A stretch of 64,000 bases of DNA from Candidatus Versatilivorator sp. (GTDB lineage Bacteria; Acidobacteriota; Terriglobia; Versatilivoradales; Versatilivoraceae): the NCBI GenBank assembly GCA_965207735.1, contig OZ242296.1, positions 3,616,001 to 3,680,000 on the forward strand. The letters are read 5' to 3'. Of the stretch, positions 28,713-38,131 are shown in pieces (position 1 is the stretch's first letter; each line of letters opens with the position of its first letter). Position numbers and translations under genes: made by a program. Under the pieces are notes generated by a model, which did not search any database, was not told the origin of the DNA, and worked only from the letters and a program-made list of their open reading frames with translations.

Positions 28713-28819
28713 GTCGATCCGGAGGGGGGCAAGCTCGGCGCCCCGAGAGCGACTACCAAAGGCTCCGCCCGCCGTCGATCCGGAGGGGGGCATACTCGGC
28801 GCCCCGTGAGTGACTACCA
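28713..28819. repeat. Two 46-bp direct repeats (GTCGATCCGGAGGGGGGCA..CTCGGCGCCCCG.GAG.GACTACCA), 61-bp period
   Basis: Copies start at 28713 and 28774, with 4 mismatches. Confidence 0.8.
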
Positions 28820-28875
28820 GTGGCACAGCCACCAACGCCGCTTGCCGGCTCTGGAGCTCAACTTTTGTGCGTGTG

Positions 28876-28898
28876 TCTTCGGGTCCCTTCGTGGATAA
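28876..28898 (-). repeat. Inverted fragment of the CACGAAGG decamer family
   Basis: Reverse complement TTATCCACGAAGGGACCCGAAGA matches 47822-47842 (ATCCACGAAGGGACCCGAAGA). Confidence 0.7.
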
Positions 28899-28908
28899 TC
28901 CCTCTCTA

Positions 28909-30099
28909 ATGAACAAGCTCTCCATTCGCGATTTGGACCTGGACGGCCGCCGGCTCTTCATACGAGTGGACTTCAACGTCCCGCTGGACGGTTCTGGCCG
29001 GGTTGCCGACTCCGCCCGGATTCAAGCCAGCCTGCCCACCATCCGCTACGCGCTGTCCCGCGGAGCCCGGGTGCTGCTGGCCTCACATCTGGGACGGCCG
29101 CGGGGCCGGGTCGATCCGAGCCTGAGCCTGAAGCCTGTCGCCGCCGCCCTGGAATCGGCCATCGGCCGGCCGGTGAGCATGGCCGGGGATTGCGTGGGGG
29201 AAGCGGTCGAGAGGCAAAGCGCTCGACTGCGGTCGGGCCGGATCCTGCTGTTGGAGAATTTGCGCTTCCACCCGGAGGAGGAGGGCAACGGGGAATCCTT
29301 CTGCCGGGGGCTGGCCCGCCTTTGCGACTGCTATGTCAATGACGCCTTCGGCGCCGCTCATCGAGCCCACGCCTCGACGGCCGGCATGGTTCGGTTCGTC
29401 GGAAAGGGGGCGACCGGCCTTCTGATGGAACGGGAGCTCTCCAATCTGGGCAAGGCGCTGTACAGTCCCGATCGGCCCTTTATGGCCGTTCTGGGCGGCG
29501 CCAAGGTATCCGACAAGATCGAGGTCATGGAGAACCTGCTGGAACGGGTCGACGGGATGCTGGTGGGTGGAGGCATGGCCTACACTTTCTTGAGGGCCCT
29601 CGGGTTGGAGGTGGGGCGGTCGCTGGTGGAGACCGACAAGATCCCCCTGGCAAGCGGACTCCTCCGGAAAGCGGAGCAGGCGGGCCTTCCCCTGCTCCTC
29701 CCCGTCGACCACGTCGTGACCCGCACTCTGGAGCCCGACGCACCCAGCCGGGTAGTTCCCGTTGGGGAAACCGGGCCGGAGTGGATGGGGGTGGACATCG
29801 GCCCTGAAACCCGTTCCCAATTTCAGCAGGTGCTCTCCAGGGCGGCAACCATTCTATGGAATGGTCCGGTGGGCGTGTTCGAGATCGATCGCTTCGCCGG
29901 AGGCACCCTGTCCCTGGCCAAGGCCGCGGCGGCCGGCACGGCAACCACGATCGTGGGCGGGGGTGACTCGATTGCAGCCGTCCGGCGGGCGGGTGTCGCC
30001 GACCGGATCACCCACATTTCGACCGGCGGCGGGGCGTCGCTGGAATTCTTGAGCGGCCGCAAACTGCCGGGTGTGGAATCGTTGGGCGACAGGCCCTGA
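28909..30099 (+). CDS. pgk: Phosphoglycerate kinase
   Basis: [49 protein letters not shown]. Confidence 0.98.
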   Translation: MNKLSIRDLDLDGRRLFIRVDFNVPLDGSGRVADSARIQASLPTIRYALSRGARVLLASHLGRPRGRVDPSLSLKPVAAALESAIGRPVSMAGDCVGEAVERQSARLRSGRILLLENLRFHPEEEGNGESFCRGLARLCDCYVNDAFGAAHRAHASTAGMVRFVGKGATGLLMERELSNLGKALYSPDRPFMAVLGGAKVSDKIEVMENLLERVDGMLVGGGMAYTFLRALGLEVGRSLVETDKIPLASGLLRKAEQAGLPLLLPVDHVVTRTLEPDAPSRVVPVGETGPEWMGVDIGPETRSQFQQVLSRAATILWNGPVGVFEIDRFAGGTLSLAKAAAAGTATTIVGGGDSIAAVRRAGVADRITHISTGGGASLEFLSGRKLPGVESLGDRP

Positions 30100-30128
30100 G
30101 CCACCGCCGGCTTCGGAGGAGCAGTCTC

Positions 30129-30902
30129 ATGGAATCCCCAACCCCGGGTAGGCGACCGGTCATTGCCGGGAATTGGAAGATGCACCGGACGGTCCGGGAA
30201 AGTGTGGAGCTTGTCGACCGACTCAAGCCTTTGGTGGAGGCCTCGGGCCATTGCGACATCGTGGTGGCGCCCCCCTTCACCGCCCTCTGGGCCGCGGCCC
30301 AGGCCGCTGAGGGCTGCCCCATCGCCATCGCGGCTCAGGATCTCTATTGGGAAAGCCAGGGGGCCTATACCGGAGAGGTATCGGCAGCCATGGTGGCCGA
30401 GGCCGGCTGCCGCTACGCCATCCTCGGTCACTCCGAGCGCCGGAGCCTGTTCGGCGAGACCAGTAGGGCCGTCAGCCGCAAGGCCGCGGCGGCTCTCGAA
30501 GCGGGTCTCACCCCCATCGTCTGCCTGGGAGAGACGCTCTCAGAGCGCGAGTCGGGCCGGACCGAAACAGTCATCGGAGCCCAGTTTCGGCAGTCGCTGG
30601 CCGGCTTGACAGAGGATGCCCTTTCCCGTACGATGATCGCGTACGAACCGGTGTGGGCGATCGGCACGGGGCGGGCGGCAACTCCGGAGATGGCCCAGGA
30701 TGTCCACGCCTTGATTCGAGGCTTGGCTGCAGAGGTTTTCAGTCGGCAGGCGGCAGAGCAACTGCCCATCCTCTACGGGGGCAGCGTCAAGCCTGAAAAC
30801 GTGGACGGGTTGATGGCCCGGGCCGACATCGACGGCGCCCTGGTTGGCGGGGCAAGTCTGAAGGCTGAATCCTTTGCCGCAATAGTCAACTTCCAGGTCT
30901 GA
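30129..30902 (+). CDS. tpiA: Triosephosphate isomerase
   Basis: AGNWKM, GHSERR, AYEPVWAIGTG, YGGSV, LVGGASL. Confidence 0.98.
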   Translation: MESPTPGRRPVIAGNWKMHRTVRESVELVDRLKPLVEASGHCDIVVAPPFTALWAAAQAAEGCPIAIAAQDLYWESQGAYTGEVSAAMVAEAGCRYAILGHSERRSLFGETSRAVSRKAAAALEAGLTPIVCLGETLSERESGRTETVIGAQFRQSLAGLTEDALSRTMIAYEPVWAIGTGRAATPEMAQDVHALIRGLAAEVFSRQAAEQLPILYGGSVKPENVDGLMARADIDGALVGGASLKAESFAAIVNFQV

Positions 30903-31285
30903 TGGCACTGTTACTGCAAATCATCCATGTGGTCGTCTGCGTGCTTTTGATCCTGATTGTGCTGCTGCAGTCGGGGAAGGGGGCGGACCTGGCAGGCGCC
31001 TTCGGTGGGGGCGGTTCCCAGACGGCCTTCGGAGCCAGGGGGACGGCCACGTTTCTTTCGAAGCTGACCACCGGTGCGGCCATCGTCTTCATGGCTACCT
31101 CCTTTACTCTATCGCTGCTGACGTCCCAGGACGAAGGTCGCTCCATCATGCAGGACGCGGCCGCGACTGCTCCCCAGGAAGAGGCTCCCCCTGAGAGCCC
31201 CGCGGCCACTCCAGTCCCTCAGTCGTCGGAGAGCCCGGCAGCACCGGACCAGGAGGACGAATCCGGCTCCCAGCGGGCGGAATAG
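30902..31285 (+). CDS. secG: Preprotein translocase subunit SecG
   Basis: VLLQSGKGADLAGAFGGGGSQTAFG..L.K.T; follows tpiA. Confidence 0.95.
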   Translation: MALLLQIIHVVVCVLLILIVLLQSGKGADLAGAFGGGGSQTAFGARGTATFLSKLTTGAAIVFMATSFTLSLLTSQDEGRSIMQDAAATAPQEEAPPESPAATPVPQSSESPAAPDQEDESGSQRAE

Positions 31286-31317
31286 AACACGCCCTTCCAG
31301 GGAACGCAGTCTGGCGT

Positions 31318-31402
31318 GCGGAAGTGGTGGAATTGGCAGACACACCATCTTGAGGGGGTGGCGGCGCAAGCCATGCGGGTTCAAGTCCCGCCTTCCGCAC
31401 CA
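31318..31402 (+). tRNA. tRNA-Leu(GAG)
   Basis: GCGGAAG/CTTCCGC acceptor stem, GGAATTGGCAGAC D-loop, CCATC-TTGAGGG-GGTGG anticodon arm, long variable arm, GGTTCAAGTCC, 3' CCA. Confidence 0.96.
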
Positions 31403-31563
31403 TCACTTGGTCGTTGCATTTCTCCGCGCAACCCGCCCGCACAGAATCGACCGTTTCAATCCCCTGCCCATCGAATCGGTTGCTCGTAAAGCGGTGAACC
31501 CGCGCCGGCCGTCGATCCCCCCGGAGATGGTTTCACCCGCGGCGGTCGCCGTTATGTTCCAGG

Positions 31564-31989
31564 TCAATTCTTGAAGAGCGCGTCGAAGGCTTCCCGGGCC
31601 GTCTTGGGGCCGGGAGCGGCAGGAGTGAAGGAGGTCGTTTGTCTTTCGATGGTCTTTTTGGCCACGAACAGGCCGCATTGGTTGCGTACGCTTTTTCGGG
31701 GAATGCGCTCGGGGATCTTCTGGGTGCATTCCAGACGTGCCGAGGTGTCGAAGAATACGCACTGCCGGCAGGTATGAAGGTCGGCTCCGCACTTGGGGCA
31801 CCGGGTTTCCATCCCGATATCGGGTGAAGTGGTCGCCCCGCACATGGTGCAGCGCACCACATCCTGAAAGCCCGGCATGGGCTTGGCGCGGAACTCGGGG
31901 GCGCCTCGGGGCTTGGAAGGCTTTCGGACCCGGGGCCGCGACTCCCGTTCGTTGTCCTGATACCCGGGTTGGCGGTATTTTCTCGACAT
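31564..31989 (-). CDS. Conserved hypothetical Cys-rich (zinc-ribbon-like) protein
   Basis: CxxC-x12-CPKC..LH.CxxC..FD....EC..N.C; C-terminal AREAFDALFK. Confidence 0.7.
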   Translation of the reverse strand: MSRKYRQPGYQDNERESRPRVRKPSKPRGAPEFRAKPMPGFQDVVRCTMCGATTSPDIGMETRCPKCGADLHTCRQCVFFDTSARLECTQKIPERIPRKSVRNQCGLFVAKKTIERQTTSFTPAAPGPKTAREAFDALFKN

Positions 31990-32227
31990 CAGGTTCTCGC
32001 AGTTGCAGGCAGGCCCGGACGAGCGCCCGGGTGTCGGCTCACTTGCTCAGCAGCACCTGGGATGGGAAATCATTGCCGACTGGTCACGTGTGGGAGGCAT
32101 TATACTTTGAATGGAAAAGCAGGGGGCAAGAAAAAATTGACCGGCCTGCTCCGGCTCCCTGGCTGGAGAAATAGAGGTTAAGAGGTCTCAGGTCCGATTT
32201 CCGAGCACGATCCACGGCACCGGGCTA

Positions 32228-32255
32228 TTGACAATCCGCTTTTTTGGAATAAAAT
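32228..32255 (+). promoter_or_regulatory. Putative sigma70 promoter of the respiratory operon (TTGACA-N16-TAAAAT)
   Basis: Near-consensus hexamers in an AT-rich intergenic region ~110 bp upstream of the Rieske gene. Confidence 0.6.
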
Positions 32256-32367
32256 CTGGATACTTCCGTAGTCGGCGCACATTCTTGCTCGCCGCCCAAC
32301 ATTTTGCCTAGCAATCAAAGTTCAACCAGACTCTGCCAGTCACGCCTCGGAACCCTTGGAGGAGTGG

Positions 32368-33009
32368 ATGCCAAATACTGAAAGTGACGGTCCGATGCAA
32401 CCCCAAACCGGTGCGACTCCAAGAGCCGCGCCTTCGAGGCGGACGCCGCCCGCCCCCGCCAAGGTTCAGCAAAAGTCCAAGGCAGGGTTGTTATCGAGGA
32501 TTCTGAATATCTTCGGGAACGGTGCGTCGGTCGATCCCGCCAAGCGGCGGCGTCGCACGGTGCAGGCCCTGGTCACGGGGTTCCTGGGAATCAATCTCTT
32601 GATGTTCCTGCGTTTCTTCTTTCCCAGAACCCTGTTTGAACCCAAGACGCTGTTCCGCATTGGATATCCTTCCGACTTCGGCTACGGCGTGGATACCAAG
32701 TTTCAGAAAAGGCGGATCTGGGTGGTGCGCGACGCCGAGGGGCTCTTTGTGGTTTACGCCCGCTGCACCCACCTGGGATGCACTCCGGACTGGAAGCCCA
32801 GCGAGAACAAGTTCAAGTGTCCCTGCCACGGAAGCGGTTACGACAGCATGGGAATCAATTTCGAAGGCCCGGCTCCCCGTCCCCTGGACCGCGCCAAGGT
32901 TGAACTCGACGCCGAAGGGCAGATCGTGGTAGACACCAGCGTCCTCTACGAATGGCCCAAGGGGATGCGGTCGGAGTTCCGGGATCCGGGAGCGTTCCTG
33001 CAGTTGTAG
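32368..33009 (+). CDS. qcrA: Rieske 2Fe-2S subunit of quinol:cytochrome c oxidoreductase
   Basis: CTHLGC and CPCHGSGY boxes, GPAPRPL, RRRR plus TM (Tat-like); GGAGG RBS. Confidence 0.92.
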   Translation: MPNTESDGPMQPQTGATPRAAPSRRTPPAPAKVQQKSKAGLLSRILNIFGNGASVDPAKRRRRTVQALVTGFLGINLLMFLRFFFPRTLFEPKTLFRIGYPSDFGYGVDTKFQKRRIWVVRDAEGLFVVYARCTHLGCTPDWKPSENKFKCPCHGSGYDSMGINFEGPAPRPLDRAKVELDAEGQIVVDTSVLYEWPKGMRSEFRDPGAFLQL

Positions 33010-33065
33010 CCGGTAGCCGATTCTGCGTAGCGGGGGTTGCAAGTATCCATCCGAGGAGTCGATCC

Positions 33066-33971
33066 ATGGCAGACGATCTGAAAGAGCAGAAACCAGCGGG
33101 CAAGGGGGCGGCCTTGATCGACGGCGTCCTGAAGGAAGTCAAAAACCTCAAGGAGAAGGCCCTCGACGATGTTAAGTCGCTCAAGAAGCCCCAGAAGACC
33201 CAACTCTTCAAGTCTATCTTTCGGGTGACCCACGACGAGAAGCCGCGCAACCGCGCGCTGGGGATCCTGTCCAACGTCTTCCTGCATTTGCACCCCGCCA
33301 AGATCAATCGCGACGCGGTCGCCTACAACTACACCTGGGGCATGGGAGGGATCACCTTCTATCTGTTCATCGTGCTGACCTTTACCGGCGTCCTGCTGAT
33401 GTTCTACTACCACCCCTCCAAGGTGCAGGCATTCCGGGATATCCTCTACCTGGAACACGACGTGCCTTTTGGGAAGCTGTTGCGAAACATGCACCGCTGG
33501 GCCGCCCATTTGATGATTATCACCGTCTGGCTGCACATGTTCAGAGTCTTTCTGACGGGCTCCTACAAGAAGCCGCGGGAGTTCAACTGGATGGTGGGCG
33601 TGATTCTGATGCTGCTCACCATGCTGCTTTCCTTTACCGGCTATCTGCTGCCGGATGATCAGCTCGGTTTCTGGGCGGTCACCGTGGGCACCAACATGGC
33701 GCGGGCGACGCCTTTGTTGGGGCACGAGGGTCCGTTGGGACCGGAACTCGGCATGACCGCCTTCAACGACGTTCGGTTTGCTCTGCTGGGGGGCTCCATC
33801 GTGGACTCCAATGCGCTGTTGCGCGCCTACATCTGGCACTGCATCGCCATTCCCCTGATCGCGGGGATTTTCATGGCCGTTCACTTCTGGAGAGTTCGTA
33901 AGGACGGCGGCATCTCGGGACCGGCTCCCGTGATGCTGGAATCCGAAATCAAGGAGCCGCGACGGTTTTGA
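33066..33971 (+). CDS. qcrB: Cytochrome b6-like N-terminal subunit (split cytochrome b)
   Basis: H-x13-H (RNMHRW..LHMFRV) and H-x14-H (WHC..VHF) heme ligands; PREFNW.VG, FTGYLLP. Confidence 0.92.
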   Translation: MADDLKEQKPAGKGAALIDGVLKEVKNLKEKALDDVKSLKKPQKTQLFKSIFRVTHDEKPRNRALGILSNVFLHLHPAKINRDAVAYNYTWGMGGITFYLFIVLTFTGVLLMFYYHPSKVQAFRDILYLEHDVPFGKLLRNMHRWAAHLMIITVWLHMFRVFLTGSYKKPREFNWMVGVILMLLTMLLSFTGYLLPDDQLGFWAVTVGTNMARATPLLGHEGPLGPELGMTAFNDVRFALLGGSIVDSNALLRAYIWHCIAIPLIAGIFMAVHFWRVRKDGGISGPAPVMLESEIKEPRRF

Positions 33972-34044
33972 GCGTTCGTTGGTGCGACGATCGTTCGGGG
34001 ACCTTTGACCGGGAACGGCTCGGAAAAGGATAAGGAGGAAATCA

Positions 34045-34980
34045 GTGGATTGGGTTCAGCTCTGGGAAATCACCACACTGCCCGACAATGTTCCCATTGT
34101 CCTGCTTATTCTGGTCATCCCTTTTTACGCCTGGTACGGCCTGCGGCAGGCATTCGCCAACGACCGGCTGATCGACAGTCTGGAAGCCGACCCGGAGATG
34201 GCCAAGACCCACCACCGCAAGACGCAACCCTGGAAACCGGGCTGGGCTCGGGAAATTCAGGTCTGGCCCTACCTGTTGCGCATGGAGTTCCTGGTTGCCA
34301 TCATTGTCACCTTCATTCTGATGGTGTGGTCGATTACCCTGGACGCTCCTCTGGAGGAGCCGGCCAATCCCTCCCTGACCATGAACCCGGCAAAGGCGCC
34401 CTGGTACTTTCTGGGGCTGCAGGAGATGCTGGTCTATTTCGATCCCTGGATGGCCGGCGTGGTGCTGCCGACCCTGATTCTGGTAGGGCTCATGGTGATA
34501 CCCTACATGGATTCCAACCCGCTCGGGAACGGCTATTACACCTACAAGCAGCGGAAGTTCGCCATTTGGGCCTTCTGCTTCGGCTTCATCGTGTTGTGGT
34601 TGTCGATGGTGGTCATTGGCACATTCATTCGGGGTCCGGGGTGGATATGGTTCTGGCCCGGCCAGACCTGGGACCACAACAAGCTGATCTTCGAGGCCAA
34701 TCGGGATCTGCCGGATATGTTCGGCATCACCAGCATGCTCGGCAAGAGCCTCTTCGGGGCGGTGGTGGTGGGCCTGTTTGCCCTGGTGACGGCCTTGGGA
34801 GTACACAAGCTGTTTACCTGGAATGAGTTCAACCGGAAAATCTACAATCGCATGAGCTTGATTCAGTACCTGCTCCTGCAGTTTTTTCTGGTCACCATGA
34901 TGCTCTTGCCGGCCAAGATGGTGGCTCGACTGGTGTTTCGGATCAAGTACGTTTGGGTCACTCCCTGGTTCAATATCTAG
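34045..34980 (+). CDS. Subunit IV-like (cytochrome b C-terminal) protein with extra TM segments
   Basis: APLEEPANP..T.NPAKAPWYFLGLQEML (PEWY-equivalent APWY), IPYMD. Confidence 0.85.
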   Translation: MDWVQLWEITTLPDNVPIVLLILVIPFYAWYGLRQAFANDRLIDSLEADPEMAKTHHRKTQPWKPGWAREIQVWPYLLRMEFLVAIIVTFILMVWSITLDAPLEEPANPSLTMNPAKAPWYFLGLQEMLVYFDPWMAGVVLPTLILVGLMVIPYMDSNPLGNGYYTYKQRKFAIWAFCFGFIVLWLSMVVIGTFIRGPGWIWFWPGQTWDHNKLIFEANRDLPDMFGITSMLGKSLFGAVVVGLFALVTALGVHKLFTWNEFNRKIYNRMSLIQYLLLQFFLVTMMLLPAKMVARLVFRIKYVWVTPWFNI

Positions 34981-34998
34981 TGGGTAAAGGAGGAATCG

Positions 34999-37900
34999 GT
35001 GCCGAAGAAACCCCCGGTTGGAGACGATCCGGTCCTCAACCGATCCCTCGGTCGCATTCTTTTGATCTCATCTCTGCTGATGGTCCTCTCTCTGCTGTGG
35101 GCGTTGTACGATGAGACCTACGGCCTCAGACCCTGGAAGGACTACCAGAAGCGCTTCGTCAGCCTCTACAGCCGGCACCTGAGGCAGATTCAGCCGACCC
35201 AGGCCCGGGCCGAGCAGGCCGTCCGCCAATCTGCGGAGTACCGGACGCTGAGTGATGCGGTTACCAAGGCCGAAGAGTCGATTGCCCCTCGAATCTCCGA
35301 TCTGGACCGCGAGACCAACCAGATCGTCGGCAGGCGGTTGAGCGTCATTACCGAGCCCTTTGCCATCACCCGCAGCGAGATCGCGGCCCTTGTCTACCAG
35401 ATCGAAACCGCCACCAGCCAGAAGGATAAGGACGCTTTGCAGCGTGAGATCGATGCCATCAAGGCCCGCGAGGTGACCCTGAGGCTGGCTTCCGCCAACG
35501 GTGCCGGGGAGGTGGTGGAGAGGGAGGAACGCTTCAATTTCAACCAGTTGGAGACGGAATTCAACCGCTTGCAGGCCAGGCGGGCCGAGTTGGGAGCGCA
35601 GCGGGCGGAACTGGTGAAGGCCTCCAACGAGTTGCGGGGGGAGAGGGATACTCTGCTCAACGACCGCCTCACCGGTTTGACCGCCTCTCAGATCCGAGGG
35701 TTGCGGGAAAAGATGCGCAACTTCGAGCTGGAGATCCGGCAGATCCATGTGGCCGATGTAGACTTGGTGGACCGCTGTGAATCCTGTCACCTGGGCATCA
35801 GGGAGCCGGTGGTGCTGACCAAGGCCGACATGGGAGGCGAGGAAGTATTTGTCAGCCACCCCAATCCCGCCCTGTTGGCCTTGCACGATCCGGAGCAGTT
35901 CGGTTGCTCCACCTGCCATAACGGTAACGGAAGGGCGACCACCAGTGTCCGCAAGGGCCATGGTCGCCACAAGTACTGGTTGTGGCCGCTGTTCTACAGG
36001 GAGAATTTCGAGGCCGGTTGCCATCAGTGTCACGCTCAGGATCTGGTGCTCGATCATGCCGAGGTCCTGAACCGGGGAAAAGAGATCTACTACGTCGAGG
36101 GTTGCGTGGGCTGCCATCGCTTCGAGGGCTTCGACACCGAGGCCGAGGCGCTGACCGAGGTTCAGTCATCCATTCACGCGTTGGTCGAGGACCGGAAGGA
36201 GATGGGCAAGGAGATCGAGCAGAGCGTTCTGTCCGGCGATAACGCTCAAGACAACGCGGAAGCTCAGCGGTACTACGCCCGGGCGGACGAACTCAAGCAG
36301 CAGATCAGCAACCTGGACCACGAAATGGAGCGGTTGGAGGTGCGTTCCGCGGACCTGCAGATCGAGCAGAAAAATATCGGACCCAGCTTGAAGGACGTTC
36401 GCTTCAAGATCCGCAAGGAGTGGATTCCGGTCTGGCTGGAGAACCCGCACGCCTACCGCCCCTCCACCAAGATGCCGGCCTTTCGCCTGGACGAAGGGCA
36501 GCGCCGCGCCATTGCCGCCTTCGTCTGGCAGGCGGGGGCCGAAGGGAAATTGCCCAGCCAACCCCAAGGCAACGCCGTTCGGGGGAAGGAGCTGTTCGAG
36601 ACGCGGGGCTGCATGGGCTGCCATGCCGTGGGCGAAGGGGATGCGGCTCAAGGGAGCTCGTTCGCGGCCAACTTGTCGCGCGTGGGGGAAAAGGTGCGCT
36701 ACGAGTACCTGGTCCCCTGGATTCACAACCCTCAGGAGCGTCAACCGCTGTCGGTCATGCCCAGCCTTCGGCTCAGCCAGGAGGAGACTCGGGACATCGC
36801 CAGCTATCTCATGGCGCTCAAGCAGGCCGACGCTTCCTACTCAGAGGCCGACTACCTGGACGATCCTGCGCTCAGGAGCGAAGGATCGATGTGGGTCAAG
36901 CACTTCGGCTGCGCGGGTTGCCACGAAATCGCAGGCTTCGAGGAGGAAGGGCGCATCGGAACGGAGTTGACCCGCGAGGGCAGCAAACCCATCGAGCGGC
37001 TGGACTTCGCCTTGCTGACCCACGAGGCCAAGCATGACGGCTGGTACAACCACAAGGGCTTCTTCGAGCGCAAGCTGGAAGACCCGGCCATCTTCGACCA
37101 GGGCAAGATCAAGACCCCCGTGGAAAAGCTCCGGATGCCCAATTTCAAGCTGACTGACGAGGAAATCGCGGGCTTGACCACCTTTCTGCTGGGGAGCGTC
37201 GACTCCACCCTGCCCGAACATTTCTTCTACGCGCCCGGCGACCGGGGACAGGATATTCGGGAAGGCTGGTGGTTGGTGAAGCGTTACAACTGCATGGGAT
37301 GCCATCAGGTGAGGCCCGGACAGCAGTCGGACCTTTCCGGGATGGCCCGCTATCAGGATCCGGACTGGAAGGAGCAGCTTCCGCCGACGCTGGTCGGCGA
37401 GGGCGCTCGGGTGGACCCGGATTGGCTGGCGCGTTTTCTCAGAAACCCGGCCATGGATTCCGGGCGCACCGACAGCAACGGTGTGCGCGGCTATCTCCAC
37501 GCCCGCATGCCCACCTTCCGTTTTTCCGACAGCCAGATTCAGAAGATCGTTCGCTTCTTCGAAGCCCTGGCGGCCCAGGATCGGCCCTACATTCCAACTC
37601 GACTGGAACCGCTCAGCAACCGGGAACTCGAACTGGCCCGGCAACTCTTCACCTCCAAGGCGGCGCCCTGCCTGAGGTGTCACGCCACCGGGAACCCGGC
37701 TCACGACCGCAACGCCACCGCGCCCAATTTCCTGTTGGCCAAGGAAAGGCTGAAGCCCGGCTGGACCGAGCGCTGGATGGTAGCGCCGGAAATGATCGCC
37801 CCCGGCACGGCCATGCCTTCCGGACTGTTCCAGAGGGATGGCGACCGCTGGGTCTTTGCCGGGTCGCTGCCTCCCGCCTTCAGGGACTACGCCAAGGACC

Positions 37901-38004
37901 ACGCCGAATTGCTGGTGCGGTACATGTTCCAGTTGACGCCTCAGGAACAGCGGCGACTGATGTCGCGAATGCCCGCGGCGGCAACCAGCGTGGCCAGCCG
38001 CTAG
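34999..38004 (+). CDS. Membrane-anchored octaheme c-type cytochrome with two coiled-coil inserts
   Basis: Eight CxxCH motifs (CESCH, CSTCH, CHQCH, CVGCH, CMGCH, CAGCH, CMGCH, CLRCH), N-terminal TM, several distal Met MP.F motifs. Confidence 0.92.
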   Translation: MPKKPPVGDDPVLNRSLGRILLISSLLMVLSLLWALYDETYGLRPWKDYQKRFVSLYSRHLRQIQPTQARAEQAVRQSAEYRTLSDAVTKAEESIAPRISDLDRETNQIVGRRLSVITEPFAITRSEIAALVYQIETATSQKDKDALQREIDAIKAREVTLRLASANGAGEVVEREERFNFNQLETEFNRLQARRAELGAQRAELVKASNELRGERDTLLNDRLTGLTASQIRGLREKMRNFELEIRQIHVADVDLVDRCESCHLGIREPVVLTKADMGGEEVFVSHPNPALLALHDPEQFGCSTCHNGNGRATTSVRKGHGRHKYWLWPLFYRENFEAGCHQCHAQDLVLDHAEVLNRGKEIYYVEGCVGCHRFEGFDTEAEALTEVQSSIHALVEDRKEMGKEIEQSVLSGDNAQDNAEAQRYYARADELKQQISNLDHEMERLEVRSADLQIEQKNIGPSLKDVRFKIRKEWIPVWLENPHAYRPSTKMPAFRLDEGQRRAIAAFVWQAGAEGKLPSQPQGNAVRGKELFETRGCMGCHAVGEGDAAQGSSFAANLSRVGEKVRYEYLVPWIHNPQERQPLSVMPSLRLSQEETRDIASYLMALKQADASYSEADYLDDPALRSEGSMWVKHFGCAGCHEIAGFEEEGRIGTELTREGSKPIERLDFALLTHEAKHDGWYNHKGFFERKLEDPAIFDQGKIKTPVEKLRMPNFKLTDEEIAGLTTFLLGSVDSTLPEHFFYAPGDRGQDIREGWWLVKRYNCMGCHQVRPGQQSDLSGMARYQDPDWKEQLPPTLVGEGARVDPDWLARFLRNPAMDSGRTDSNGVRGYLHARMPTFRFSDSQIQKIVRFFEALAAQDRPYIPTRLEPLSNRELELARQLFTSKAAPCLRCHATGNPAHDRNATAPNFLLAKERLKPGWTERWMVAPEMIAPGTAMPSGLFQRDGDRWVFAGSLPPAFRDYAKDHAELLVRYMFQLTPQEQRRLMSRMPAAATSVASR

Positions 38005-38131
38005 CAATCGCCGGGACCGCCCTCGAATTTGAGGGCTGGAAGTGTTACATTAATCATCGGGTGGTGGCGAGGCCGCTCCCCCGGTTTTGCCCCGACCCCA
38101 ACTTTATTATCATCCGGTCAGAGAGGTCATT

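Noticed and set aside
31318-32360. Genomic island integrated at tRNA-Leu
   Set aside because: No integrase, no duplicated tRNA 3' end noticed, and downstream genes look native
32368-38004. Alternative complex III or hydroxylamine oxidoreductase-type octaheme
   Set aside because: Rieske and cytochrome b are present with no ActB/ActC; heme spacing and Met ligands fit class-I domains rather than HAO
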